This document shows positions 44,581 to 51,181 of a DNA stretch of 51,538 nt, one piece after another; position 1 is the first letter of the stretch, and the number at the start of each line of letters is the position of its first letter. The notes below the pieces were generated by a model. The model searched no databases, was not told where the DNA came from, and saw only the letters and a program-made list of their open reading frames with translations. The translations under genes were made by a program, and so were the position numbers. Source of the DNA: Patescibacteria group bacterium (lineage in GTDB: Bacteria; Patescibacteriota; Patescibacteriia; Patescibacteriales; UBA12465); NCBI GenBank assembly GCA_041671365.1, contig JBAZBP010000001.1, forward strand, positions 182,459-233,996. Reading direction: 5' to 3'.

Positions 44581-45366
44581 ATGAAAAAAATAGAAGATTT
44601 CTTAAAAGATAGAGTGGGTGAAGTTATTCTAATATTTGCGTTGGTGATAATATCTATATATGCGGGCGTTGGTTTAGGAATTTTATTAAGCTTAGTTCTG
44701 GTTTTTCTACTATTGGCTATTGCTGCCCATATGTCTAAAATAGGTAAATCGGTGTATCCGATTTTACAGACCGTTGTTGTTTTACTTGTAATTGGAAGTA
44801 TAGTTGGAGCTTTTTTTCCTAGATCTAGTGCTAAAAAAGGAGTGGCCATGGCATATCTTGATCAGGGCGTCGCTGAGTTAATGGGTGATAAAACTAAATT
44901 GCTTGCCAAAGACATCTTTAATATAAATAAGGATGAAAAAGGTAAAAAATTTTTAACTTACTATAACGCCCTATTGTCTGATGGAAAAGTTCAGGAAGCT
45001 CAAGATACTTTAAATGGCTGGATGAATGTTTGGAATTTTGATCGAAAGAAAGAAAATAATTTTCAATCTCAACTTCAATCTCAGACGCAAAAACAATCAG
45101 ATTCAGTATTAACATCCCCCGTTTCAATCCCGACATTTTATGATGCTGTTGGTTCATATCCGCTAGTATTGAAGAATGGTCAAGAATCCGACTGGATAAC
45201 AGTTGGGCCGTGTCATCGTTATAATTTCAGTTCGGATTTTATAACTCTAAAATACGAGGACGGTACGATTCTTAATGTCTGGAGTGCGATCCGTCTCCGT
45301 GATGAAGCAACATTTAAAGTAATTAACAGAAGTAACAAGGAGGTAAGTCTGTTGGTTAAAACTTAG
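44581..45366 (+). CDS. Hypothetical membrane protein (261 aa)
   Basis: AAGGAG RBS. Three N-terminal TM helices, a Gln/Ser-rich linker, and a beta-rich C-terminal domain. Confidence 0.55.
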   Translation: MKKIEDFLKDRVGEVILIFALVIISIYAGVGLGILLSLVLVFLLLAIAAHMSKIGKSVYPILQTVVVLLVIGSIVGAFFPRSSAKKGVAMAYLDQGVAELMGDKTKLLAKDIFNINKDEKGKKFLTYYNALLSDGKVQEAQDTLNGWMNVWNFDRKKENNFQSQLQSQTQKQSDSVLTSPVSIPTFYDAVGSYPLVLKNGQESDWITVGPCHRYNFSSDFITLKYEDGTILNVWSAIRLRDEATFKVINRSNKEVSLLVKT

Positions 45367-45385
45367 TCTTATAAATAAGATTTCC

Positions 45386-45425
45386 CAGGTTGGTCTATTA
45401 ATTTAGATCAACCTGTTTTTATTTT
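45386..45425 (+). terminator. Intrinsic terminator
   Basis: Stem CAGGTTGGTC / GATCAACCTG followed by TTTTT. Confidence 0.65.
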
Positions 45426-45436
45426 TATAAACATTA

Positions 45437-45445
45437 TGGTATAAT
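45437..45445 (+). promoter_or_regulatory. Extended -10 promoter for the pilin-like gene
   Basis: TGGTATAAT (TGn + TATAAT), 25 nt upstream of the ATG. Confidence 0.45.
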
Positions 45446-45470
45446 ATTAAATAATAAAATTATAAAAAAT

Positions 45471-45836
45471 ATGAAAAAGTATTTATTTATTTTGATTTTT
45501 TCTCTACTAATAGTAATCCCAATAATGAGTGTTTTGGCTGCGGATGACGCAACGTCACCCTGCACCGGCGGCACTTGCACTCTCGGCAATCCTTTGGGTA
45601 TAGATTCGCCTCAAGAATTAATCGGTAGGATTATTACTTCGGTCATGGGAGTAGTCGGATCTTTAGCACTTCTAATGTTCATTTATGGCGGCTTGACCTG
45701 GATGACGTCTTCCGGCAGCGCGGAAAAAGTTAAAAAAGGACGAGATATTATTCTCTGGTCGGCAGTCGGTTTGGTGGTAATTTTCATGTCTTACGCCTTG
45801 GTTCGTTTTGTTTTAAGCACAATGATCGTTAAATAA
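45471..45836 (+). CDS. TrbC/VirB2-like type IV secretion pilin-like small protein
   Basis: Signal peptide. The NPLG..SPQELIGRII motif is followed by two TM helices separated by SSGSAEKVKKGRD. This architecture is typical of the mini-pilins abundant in CPR genomes. Confidence 0.7.
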   Translation: MKKYLFILIFSLLIVIPIMSVLAADDATSPCTGGTCTLGNPLGIDSPQELIGRIITSVMGVVGSLALLMFIYGGLTWMTSSGSAEKVKKGRDIILWSAVGLVVIFMSYALVRFVLSTMIVK

Positions 45837-45889
45837 AACTTTTTGCTAATCTAAAAATAAATTATTGTTAAAGGATAATAAGCACCAGT

Positions 45890-45918
45890 TTGACAATTAC
45901 TGTAATTTTTTTTATTAT
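45890..45918 (+). promoter_or_regulatory. Putative promoter of tRNA-Tyr
   Basis: TTGACA (45890-45895), 17-nt spacer, TATTAT (45913-45918). Confidence 0.5.
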
Positions 45919-45970
45919 ATTTAAGCAATTGATAAAATAGGTTTATCTTTATTAATCGCAATTTACATCG

Positions 45971-46054
45971 GGGTCGATACCAAAGCGGTCAACTGGGGCA
46001 GACTGTAAATCTGCTGGCCTTGCGCCTTCGTTGGTTCGAATCCAACTCGGCCCA
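45971..46054 (+). tRNA. tRNA-Tyr (anticodon GUA), long variable arm
   Basis: GGGTCGATACCAAAGCGGTCAACTGGGGCAGACTGTAAATCTGC... Anticodon loop is CT-GTA-AA. Class II variable arm. T-arm is GTTGGTTCGAATCCAAC. Confidence 0.85.
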
Positions 46055-46063
46055 CATTAAGTC

Positions 46064-46089
46064 AAGACTCCCATTTTGGGGGTCTTTTG
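46064..46089 (+). terminator. Intrinsic terminator after tRNA-Tyr
   Basis: Stem AGACTCCCA / TGGGGGTCT followed by TTT. Confidence 0.6.
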
Positions 46090-46176
46090 TAAATTAGCTG
46101 ATAAAAACTTTTTTTATCGCAGTATTCTGGAATAGTTTGATTTTATTAGTGTTTTTATATGTAAATTGGCAAATCA

Positions 46177-46205
46177 TTGACATTTTATTAAAAGTATGCT
46201 ATTAT
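46177..46205 (+). promoter_or_regulatory. Promoter of lipoprotein cassette A
   Basis: TTGACA, 17-nt spacer, TATTAT. Confidence 0.55.
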
Positions 46206-46207
46206 AT

Positions 46208-46301
46208 AAACATTAAAATAGTTCGTTTACAAATAAGGTTAAATTTGGTTAATTACTAAGTTCGTATAAATTTAGGTGAATTTAGTAATTAATCAAATAA
46301 T
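46208..46301 (+). repeat. Conserved 5' leader, cassette A (partner at 47012-47106)
   Basis: About 90% identical by eye to the cassette B leader. Contains an 11-bp stem TTAATTACTAA (46249-46259) / TTAGTAATTAA (46282-46292). Confidence 0.7.
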
Positions 46302-46324
46302 ATTAACTTTAAAAAGGATGTGTC

Positions 46325-46804
46325 ATGAAAAAAAGTTCGTTATTTTTCGTTGCTGTTATCAGTATAGTGTTTATCGCCGGATGTTCAAAAACTTCAAATA
46401 ATTCAGTAGCAAACCAGATTAATAAGCAGACGATATTAAAGTCTATTAATTCATCTGATTCGTTGGACAAAGGTTATGGGTTTTTAGAAGGAGAAAAAGT
46501 TTATTTCGTCAGCTGTGATTTAATTGAAAAATACGACGGCGATATTAACTTGGTTATTATTGAAATCAATCCTCATACCTCGGATGGAGAAGTTTTTGAG
46601 AGTTTTTCTAACAGGGAAACAATCAAAATGGATAAGGTCGGAAAGTATTTTGTTGGAAAATCAACAAAAAAATATATAAATCCCGCCTTTTATTTTAAGG
46701 CTGGAGAAAAATATTTCCCCGGCGATAATCCAGAAAAGTTTAAAAGTAAGGATTTAGTTCGCAACCAATGCGACGGAATCCTTCTAAACCCTAGTCGGCT
46801 CTAG
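46325..46804 (+). CDS. Lipoprotein, unknown function (159 aa)
   Basis: Signal peptide with lipobox FIAGCSK. RBS AAGGA. Confidence 0.6.
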   Translation: MKKSSLFFVAVISIVFIAGCSKTSNNSVANQINKQTILKSINSSDSLDKGYGFLEGEKVYFVSCDLIEKYDGDINLVIIEINPHTSDGEVFESFSNRETIKMDKVGKYFVGKSTKKYINPAFYFKAGEKYFPGDNPEKFKSKDLVRNQCDGILLNPSRL

Positions 46805-46831
46805 GCGTTTAGTCGTATTAATAATATGCCG

Positions 46832-46860
46832 AAGCCACTTTTAATGTAGTGGCTTTTTTA
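46832..46860 (+). terminator. Intrinsic terminator of cassette A
   Basis: Stem AAGCCACT / AGTGGCTT followed by TTTTT. Confidence 0.65.
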
Positions 46861-46903
46861 TTTGTCCAAAGCTATAATATTAATAACTTTATTATTAACG
46901 AGC
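46854..46903 (+). repeat. Conserved 3' tail, cassette A (partner at 47864-47913)
   Basis: TTTTTTATTTGTCCAAAGCTATAATATTAA..TTATTATTAACGAGC. Includes TATAAT at 46873-46878. Confidence 0.65.
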
Positions 46904-46935
46904 GTTCCAATATAATACCAAGCTCTCCACATTAA

Positions 46936-46967
46936 GAAAAACACCATTTTTACAATGGTGTTTTTTG
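46936..46967 (+). terminator. Second intrinsic terminator between the cassettes
   Basis: Stem ACACCATT / AATGGTGT followed by TTTTT. Confidence 0.6.
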
Positions 46968-46981
46968 TTTTTTTATTTTGC

Positions 46982-47010
46982 TTGACTCAAGTTAATAAAA
47001 GTGGTTTAAT
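46982..47010 (+). promoter_or_regulatory. Promoter of lipoprotein cassette B
   Basis: TTGACT, 17-nt spacer, TTTAAT, at the position homologous to the cassette A promoter. Confidence 0.5.
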
Positions 47011-47011
47011 T

Positions 47012-47106
47012 AAACATTAAATATAGGTCTTTAAAAAATAAGGTTATATTTGGTTAATTACCGAGTTCATCTAAATTTAGGTGAAGTTAGTAATTAATCA
47101 AATAAT
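47012..47106 (+). repeat. Conserved 5' leader, cassette B
   Basis: Homologous to 46208-46301. Stem arms are at 47054-47064 and 47087-47097. Confidence 0.7.
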
Positions 47107-47142
47107 CAATTAATCAATAATCTTAAAAAAAGGAACTTTTCT

Positions 47143-47820
47143 ATGAAAACAATTAAATTATTCTTCGTGTTGATAGCCATAGTATTGCTGACTGGCTGTC
47201 AAAAAAATGAATCAGTAGTTGCGCCGGAATCGGAATTACAACCGATTATATTAGAAGATGTATATTATACTGGCTCATTTAAGTATGACCAGACTACTGA
47301 TAAAACACAACTTCAGCTTTATTACCTAGGAAAATTGGGCGACAAGTTCATTTTCGATGGTTATTTTACCGGTAACCTCCTGCGACAAACAAAAGATAAT
47401 GTTTATATTGGTGCCAGCGCCGCTATGGGTGGCTACATTCTATACGGTAAATACACGGTTATTTATAAATACACTCGGGCTAATCATTCATTAATAACTC
47501 TTAGCGAGAACGATGCGACTGATGTGGATTTTGATTCTAAATTGGAATTTATGGTTTATAGTCGAGATAAATTCTTAGTTATTAAAAGATTAGTTGACAC
47601 TTCCGAGCAGGTTTTTACTCCGACCTGGGCACAAGACAATAGCCAAATGGGTGATTTCAAATTTTCACCAGATGGCAAAAAAATTGCTATAGCAGTCGGC
47701 TGGGGTCCGGACAATGAACATGGGGCTATATATACCCTGGACTTGATAACTAATAAATTTCAATTAGTTAAAGAAACATCTGGTATTCCTCAGGTTATTG
47801 GTTGGGGTTTGTATAAATAA
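47143..47820 (+). CDS. Lipoprotein, unknown function (225 aa)
   Basis: Signal peptide with lipobox LLTGCQK. RBS AAGGAA. The mature part shows no visible similarity to the cassette A protein. Confidence 0.6.
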   Translation: MKTIKLFFVLIAIVLLTGCQKNESVVAPESELQPIILEDVYYTGSFKYDQTTDKTQLQLYYLGKLGDKFIFDGYFTGNLLRQTKDNVYIGASAAMGGYILYGKYTVIYKYTRANHSLITLSENDATDVDFDSKLEFMVYSRDKFLVIKRLVDTSEQVFTPTWAQDNSQMGDFKFSPDGKKIAIAVGWGPDNEHGAIYTLDLITNKFQLVKETSGIPQVIGWGLYK

Positions 47821-47838
47821 TTGAACAGGCAGTTGTAA

Positions 47839-47870
47839 AGGAAGTCTAGAACATCAGACTTCCTTTTTTA
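47839..47870 (+). terminator. Intrinsic terminator of cassette B
   Basis: Stem AGGAAGTCT / AGACTTCCT followed by TTTTT. Confidence 0.65.
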
Positions 47871-47913
47871 TTTGTCTAAAGCTATAATATCAACATATCT
47901 ATTATTAACGAGC
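47864..47913 (+). repeat. Conserved 3' tail, cassette B
   Basis: TTTTTTATTTGTCTAAAGCTATAATATCAA..CTATTATTAACGAGC. Includes TATAAT at 47883-47888. Confidence 0.65.
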
Positions 47914-47947
47914 CAGATCCCCAAATCATATCAGGCTCCCCGACTAT

Positions 47948-48052
47948 ATGCCTTTTATTAATCCGGAAAAAATCGGTCTCGGTCTTCTTAAAATTTTTGT
48001 CGTGGAAATTATTGTCCTAACTATTGTCATTATTGCTTTAGTCTCTTTTTAA
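47948..48052 (+). CDS. Possible 34-aa hydrophobic micro-protein upstream of mutM
   Basis: ATG..TAA ORF encoding MPFINPEKIGLGLLKIFVVEIIVLTIVIIALVSF. It ends 1 nt before the mutM ATG. No clear RBS. Confidence 0.25.
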   Translation: MPFINPEKIGLGLLKIFVVEIIVLTIVIIALVSF

Positions 48053-48053
48053 T

Positions 48054-48965
48054 ATGCCTGAAATGCCGGAAGTGGAAACTATCGCTCGCGATTTAGCCTT
48101 TAGTCTTATTGGCCAGAAAATTGAGTCGGTTAAAATTTTGTCGGCTAAAACAGTCTCTCAATCCGAGACTTTTTTTAAAAAAAATTTAGTCGGTCGGAAA
48201 ATTATAAAAGTAGCGCGTCGCGGTAAACTTTTGATTTTTTCTTTATCGCCCGCCCGCCGACAGTCGCCGGATTATTTATTGATTCATCTTAAAATGACCG
48301 GCCAGTTAATTTATTTAAATCGGCGAACTAAAATAGTGGGCGGTCACAGCTTAAACTCGAACCGCCGCACTAATGATAATTCTTTAGCGGCAGCGGTCGG
48401 AGGAGAACTACCTAATAAATATACGCGAGCGTTGCTTGGCTTTAAACCCAGCGGTCAATTATTTTTTAATGATCTACGAAAATTTGGTTATTTAAAATTA
48501 GTGACTGGCGTAGAATTAGAGCGATTATTAAAAAATAATTATGGTCCGGAACCGTTATCACCGGCCTTTTCACGGTCAGTTTTTCAAACAATTCTTAAAA
48601 ATAGAACGACGAAAATTAAAGCCTTACTTTTAAATCAAAAGTTAATCGCTGGCTTGGGAAATATTTATGTGGACGAATCTTTGTGGGCGGCGCGAATTAA
48701 TCCCGAACGACCGGCCGGATCCTTGAATCTGGAGGAAATAAAAAAATTATGGCAGGCGATTAATAGAATTATCAGACAGGCGATTAAGGAACGGGGAACA
48801 ACTTTTAGCAATTATGTCGATTCTAAGGGGCAAAGAGGGAATTTTTCTCGTTTTTTACGGGTTTATGGGCGACAGGGAAAAAAATGTTCAAATTGTCAAA
48901 ATTTACTGTTAAAAAAGAAAGTAGCGGGTCGAGGAACGCATTATTGTCCACATTGTCAAAAATAA
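48054..48965 (+). CDS. mutM: Formamidopyrimidine-DNA glycosylase
   Basis: N-terminal MPEMPEVE (catalytic Pro2/Glu3), H2TH region, and C-terminal zinc finger CSNC...CPHCQ. Confidence 0.9.
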   Translation: MPEMPEVETIARDLAFSLIGQKIESVKILSAKTVSQSETFFKKNLVGRKIIKVARRGKLLIFSLSPARRQSPDYLLIHLKMTGQLIYLNRRTKIVGGHSLNSNRRTNDNSLAAAVGGELPNKYTRALLGFKPSGQLFFNDLRKFGYLKLVTGVELERLLKNNYGPEPLSPAFSRSVFQTILKNRTTKIKALLLNQKLIAGLGNIYVDESLWAARINPERPAGSLNLEEIKKLWQAINRIIRQAIKERGTTFSNYVDSKGQRGNFSRFLRVYGRQGKKCSNCQNLLLKKKVAGRGTHYCPHCQK

Positions 48966-49066
48966 GCTTAATTTAAGGGAAAACCACGGTCGGCCTGGTT
49001 GACTTTTATCTTATTTTTTTATATTGTTAAATTAAACTAATTAATTATTATTTATATTAAGGTGAT

Positions 49067-49222
49067 ATGTCTCAAGATAACATGATTAAAATGGAATGTA
49101 CGGTTTGCAAAACGGTTACGCACCATTCTCATAAAAATAAAAAAATTCTTAAGAATCGTTTGGAGTTGTCTAAGTATTGTAATCATTGTAAAAAAAATAC
49201 ACTCCATAAAGAAACTAAATAA
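49067..49222 (+). CDS. rpmG: 50S ribosomal protein L33
   Basis: 51-aa ORF absent from the ORF track: MSQDNMIKMECTVCKTVTHHSHKNKKILKNRLELSKYCNHCKKNTLHKETK. It has the L33 CxxC...CxxC pattern and HKETK end. RBS AAGGTGA. Confidence 0.85.
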   Translation: MSQDNMIKMECTVCKTVTHHSHKNKKILKNRLELSKYCNHCKKNTLHKETK

Positions 49223-49258
49223 GAGTTGAGCCGATCTCTCGATTGGCGCTATAATTCT

Positions 49259-50341
49259 ATGCCTAAAAATCTAGCCAAACCATTTATTTTAATTTTGGTG
49301 GTTTTAGTTTTGATCGGTTGTTATTTGGTATTCGCTCCTTTTTTAACAGAAATTTTAATGGCGGCGATCATGGCCTCGATTTTTTATACGCCTTACGAAA
49401 AATTTTCTAAATTTTTAAAAGGGCATAATCATTTAGCGGCAATTTTAATGTGCTTGTTGCTTTTGGTGATTATCATTTTGCCGTCGGTAGAATTTATAAC
49501 TTATGCCGGCGAGAAATCGGTAACAGCTTATAATTTGACGGTCGATTTTTTCGATAATCATACTATTAATGATTTTTTTAAAAATGATTTTTTTTCTCGC
49601 GGCGCCCTGCATTATTTAAATTTAGGAAATTATAATTTTAATGACGGGGCTTTTAAGGAAACGGTTCTGAGTCTGCTTAAACAATCCAGCAATTGGCTGC
49701 TTTCCGGCGCTACTTTTGTTTTAAAGGGAACGACGGATTTTATGTTTTCTCTGGTTTTAATAGTTCTTACCATGTATTTCTTTTTTGTTGATGGAAAAAA
49801 AATGTTGGAACGATTAATGTCTCTGGTGCCGTTGCCGCTCGAATATAATCAGGAGTTATTTCGAAAATTCCGAGCGGTCAGTCGAACAACTTTTCTGGCA
49901 ACTTTCGTGGCCGCTGCCGCGCAAGGCCTAGTTGGCGCCATAAGTTTTGCCGTAGTCGGTTTTCCGCTGTTTCTGGCTCTAATCATAATTACTTTTCTTT
50001 CTCTTCTGCCTCTAGGTTCGATGGTTTTCTATATTCCGATGGGAATTTACTATCTTTTAGTCGGGGATATTTGGCAGGGAGCCTTTGTAATTTTATGGGG
50101 TATTTTTGTGGTCGGTACTATTGATAACGTTATTCGGGCTTATATGATTAAGGATAAAGCGGAAATAAATCCAATTTTTGTGTTCTTTGCTGTCTTGGGC
50201 GGGATTATTATTTTTGGTTTTTGGGGAGTCATTATCGGTCCGTTACTGGTAGCCTTGGCCGTAACCGTCCTGCATATTTATGAATTAGAATTTTGCGGTT
50301 CATTGGAGAATGGACCCTGTGAAAAAATAAGAAAAAATTAA
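49259..50341 (+). CDS. AI-2E family transporter (PerM/UPF0118)
   Basis: Start set at ATG 49259. About eight TM helices. The segment GTIDNVIRAYMI is typical of the family. Confidence 0.7.
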   Translation: MPKNLAKPFILILVVLVLIGCYLVFAPFLTEILMAAIMASIFYTPYEKFSKFLKGHNHLAAILMCLLLLVIIILPSVEFITYAGEKSVTAYNLTVDFFDNHTINDFFKNDFFSRGALHYLNLGNYNFNDGAFKETVLSLLKQSSNWLLSGATFVLKGTTDFMFSLVLIVLTMYFFFVDGKKMLERLMSLVPLPLEYNQELFRKFRAVSRTTFLATFVAAAAQGLVGAISFAVVGFPLFLALIIITFLSLLPLGSMVFYIPMGIYYLLVGDIWQGAFVILWGIFVVGTIDNVIRAYMIKDKAEINPIFVFFAVLGGIIIFGFWGVIIGPLLVALAVTVLHIYELEFCGSLENGPCEKIRKN

Positions 50342-50384
50342 TTATTAATTTTTTTAAATATTCGGCTTAGCCGAAAATAAAAAT

Positions 50385-50915
50385 ATGATGGGGCCTAAGA
50401 CTAAAAAAAATTTGGAAGATGCTTTTGCCGGGGAGTCAATGGCGCGAAATAAATACGATTATTTTGCTTCCGTTTTTCGTCAGGCCGGTTATGAGCAGAT
50501 TGCTAATTTATTTGCGGAAACCGCTTTAAACGAAAAAGAGCATGCTAAAATCTGGGCTAAACAGTTGGGTATTATTAGTTTCGATCTTAGCGTCGATTTG
50601 AAAGCGGCTATTGCCGGGGAACACTATGAGAATTCCGAAATGTATCCGCGCATGGCTGCAGAAGCTTTAGAAGAAAATCATCCCGAAATTGCTAAACTTT
50701 TTAAGGAAGTCGGTGAAGTTGAAAAAAAGCATGAAGCGCGTTATCAGAAGCTTTTGGCAAACATCGAGAAAGGCGAGGTCTTTAAGCGATCAGAAGTTAA
50801 AAAATGGAAGTGCCTTAATTGTGGTTATATTTATGAAGGGACAGAACCGCCTAAAGTTTGTCCGGCTTGTAACCATGCGCAAGGATATTTTGAAATTTGG
50901 GTCGAGACTTATTAA
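50385..50915 (+). CDS. Rubrerythrin
   Basis: Ferritin-like diiron motifs (ESMARNKY, EKEHAK, EHYE) plus a C-terminal rubredoxin-like CLNCG...CPACN. Confidence 0.88.
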   Translation: MMGPKTKKNLEDAFAGESMARNKYDYFASVFRQAGYEQIANLFAETALNEKEHAKIWAKQLGIISFDLSVDLKAAIAGEHYENSEMYPRMAAEALEENHPEIAKLFKEVGEVEKKHEARYQKLLANIEKGEVFKRSEVKKWKCLNCGYIYEGTEPPKVCPACNHAQGYFEIWVETY

Positions 50916-50929
50916 TAATTTTTAAATAT

Positions 50930-51070
50930 ATGGCGAATCGAGTCGGTAAAATTTATTTTTGCCCGATTTGTGGCAATGAAGTAAGATTTGAAAAAGATGG
51001 CGGTGGAGTATTAATCTGTTGCGGTCAGGAAATGAAAATTAAGAAAGAAGGATCAGATGGGGAAGAATAA
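50930..51070 (+). CDS. Desulforedoxin-like small iron protein
   Basis: 46-aa ORF absent from the ORF track: MANRVGKIYFCPICGNEVRFEKDGGGVLICCGQEMKIKKEGSDGEE. The CxxC...CC pattern matches desulforedoxin and the Dfx N-terminal domain. Confidence 0.75.
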   Translation: MANRVGKIYFCPICGNEVRFEKDGGGVLICCGQEMKIKKEGSDGEE

Positions 51071-51084
51071 GAAAATTATGAATT

Positions 51085-51110
51085 AAATTTCGACCGCGGT
51101 CGAAATTTTT
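51085..51110 (+). terminator. Intrinsic terminator
   Basis: Palindrome AAATTTCGACCGCGGTCGAAATTT followed by a T-run. Confidence 0.6.
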
Positions 51111-51181
51111 GCGGGATTCGTATAGTGGTAGTACAGGAGTCTCCAAAACTTCTAGCGGGGGTTCGATTCCCTCATCCCGTG
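51111..51181 (+). tRNA. tRNA-Trp (anticodon CCA)
   Basis: GCGGGATTCGTATAGTGGTAGTACAGGAGTCTCCAAAACTTCTAGCGGGGGTTCGATTCCCTCATCCCGTG. Anticodon loop is CT-CCA-AA. G73 discriminator. Position 1-72 is a G-U wobble. Confidence 0.8.

Noticed and set aside
46177-47913. Considered an integron-like gene-cassette array for the two lipoprotein cassettes.
   Set aside because: Each cassette carries its own promoter and intrinsic terminator. The conserved tail does not form an attC-like imperfect palindrome that I can see. No integrase is nearby.
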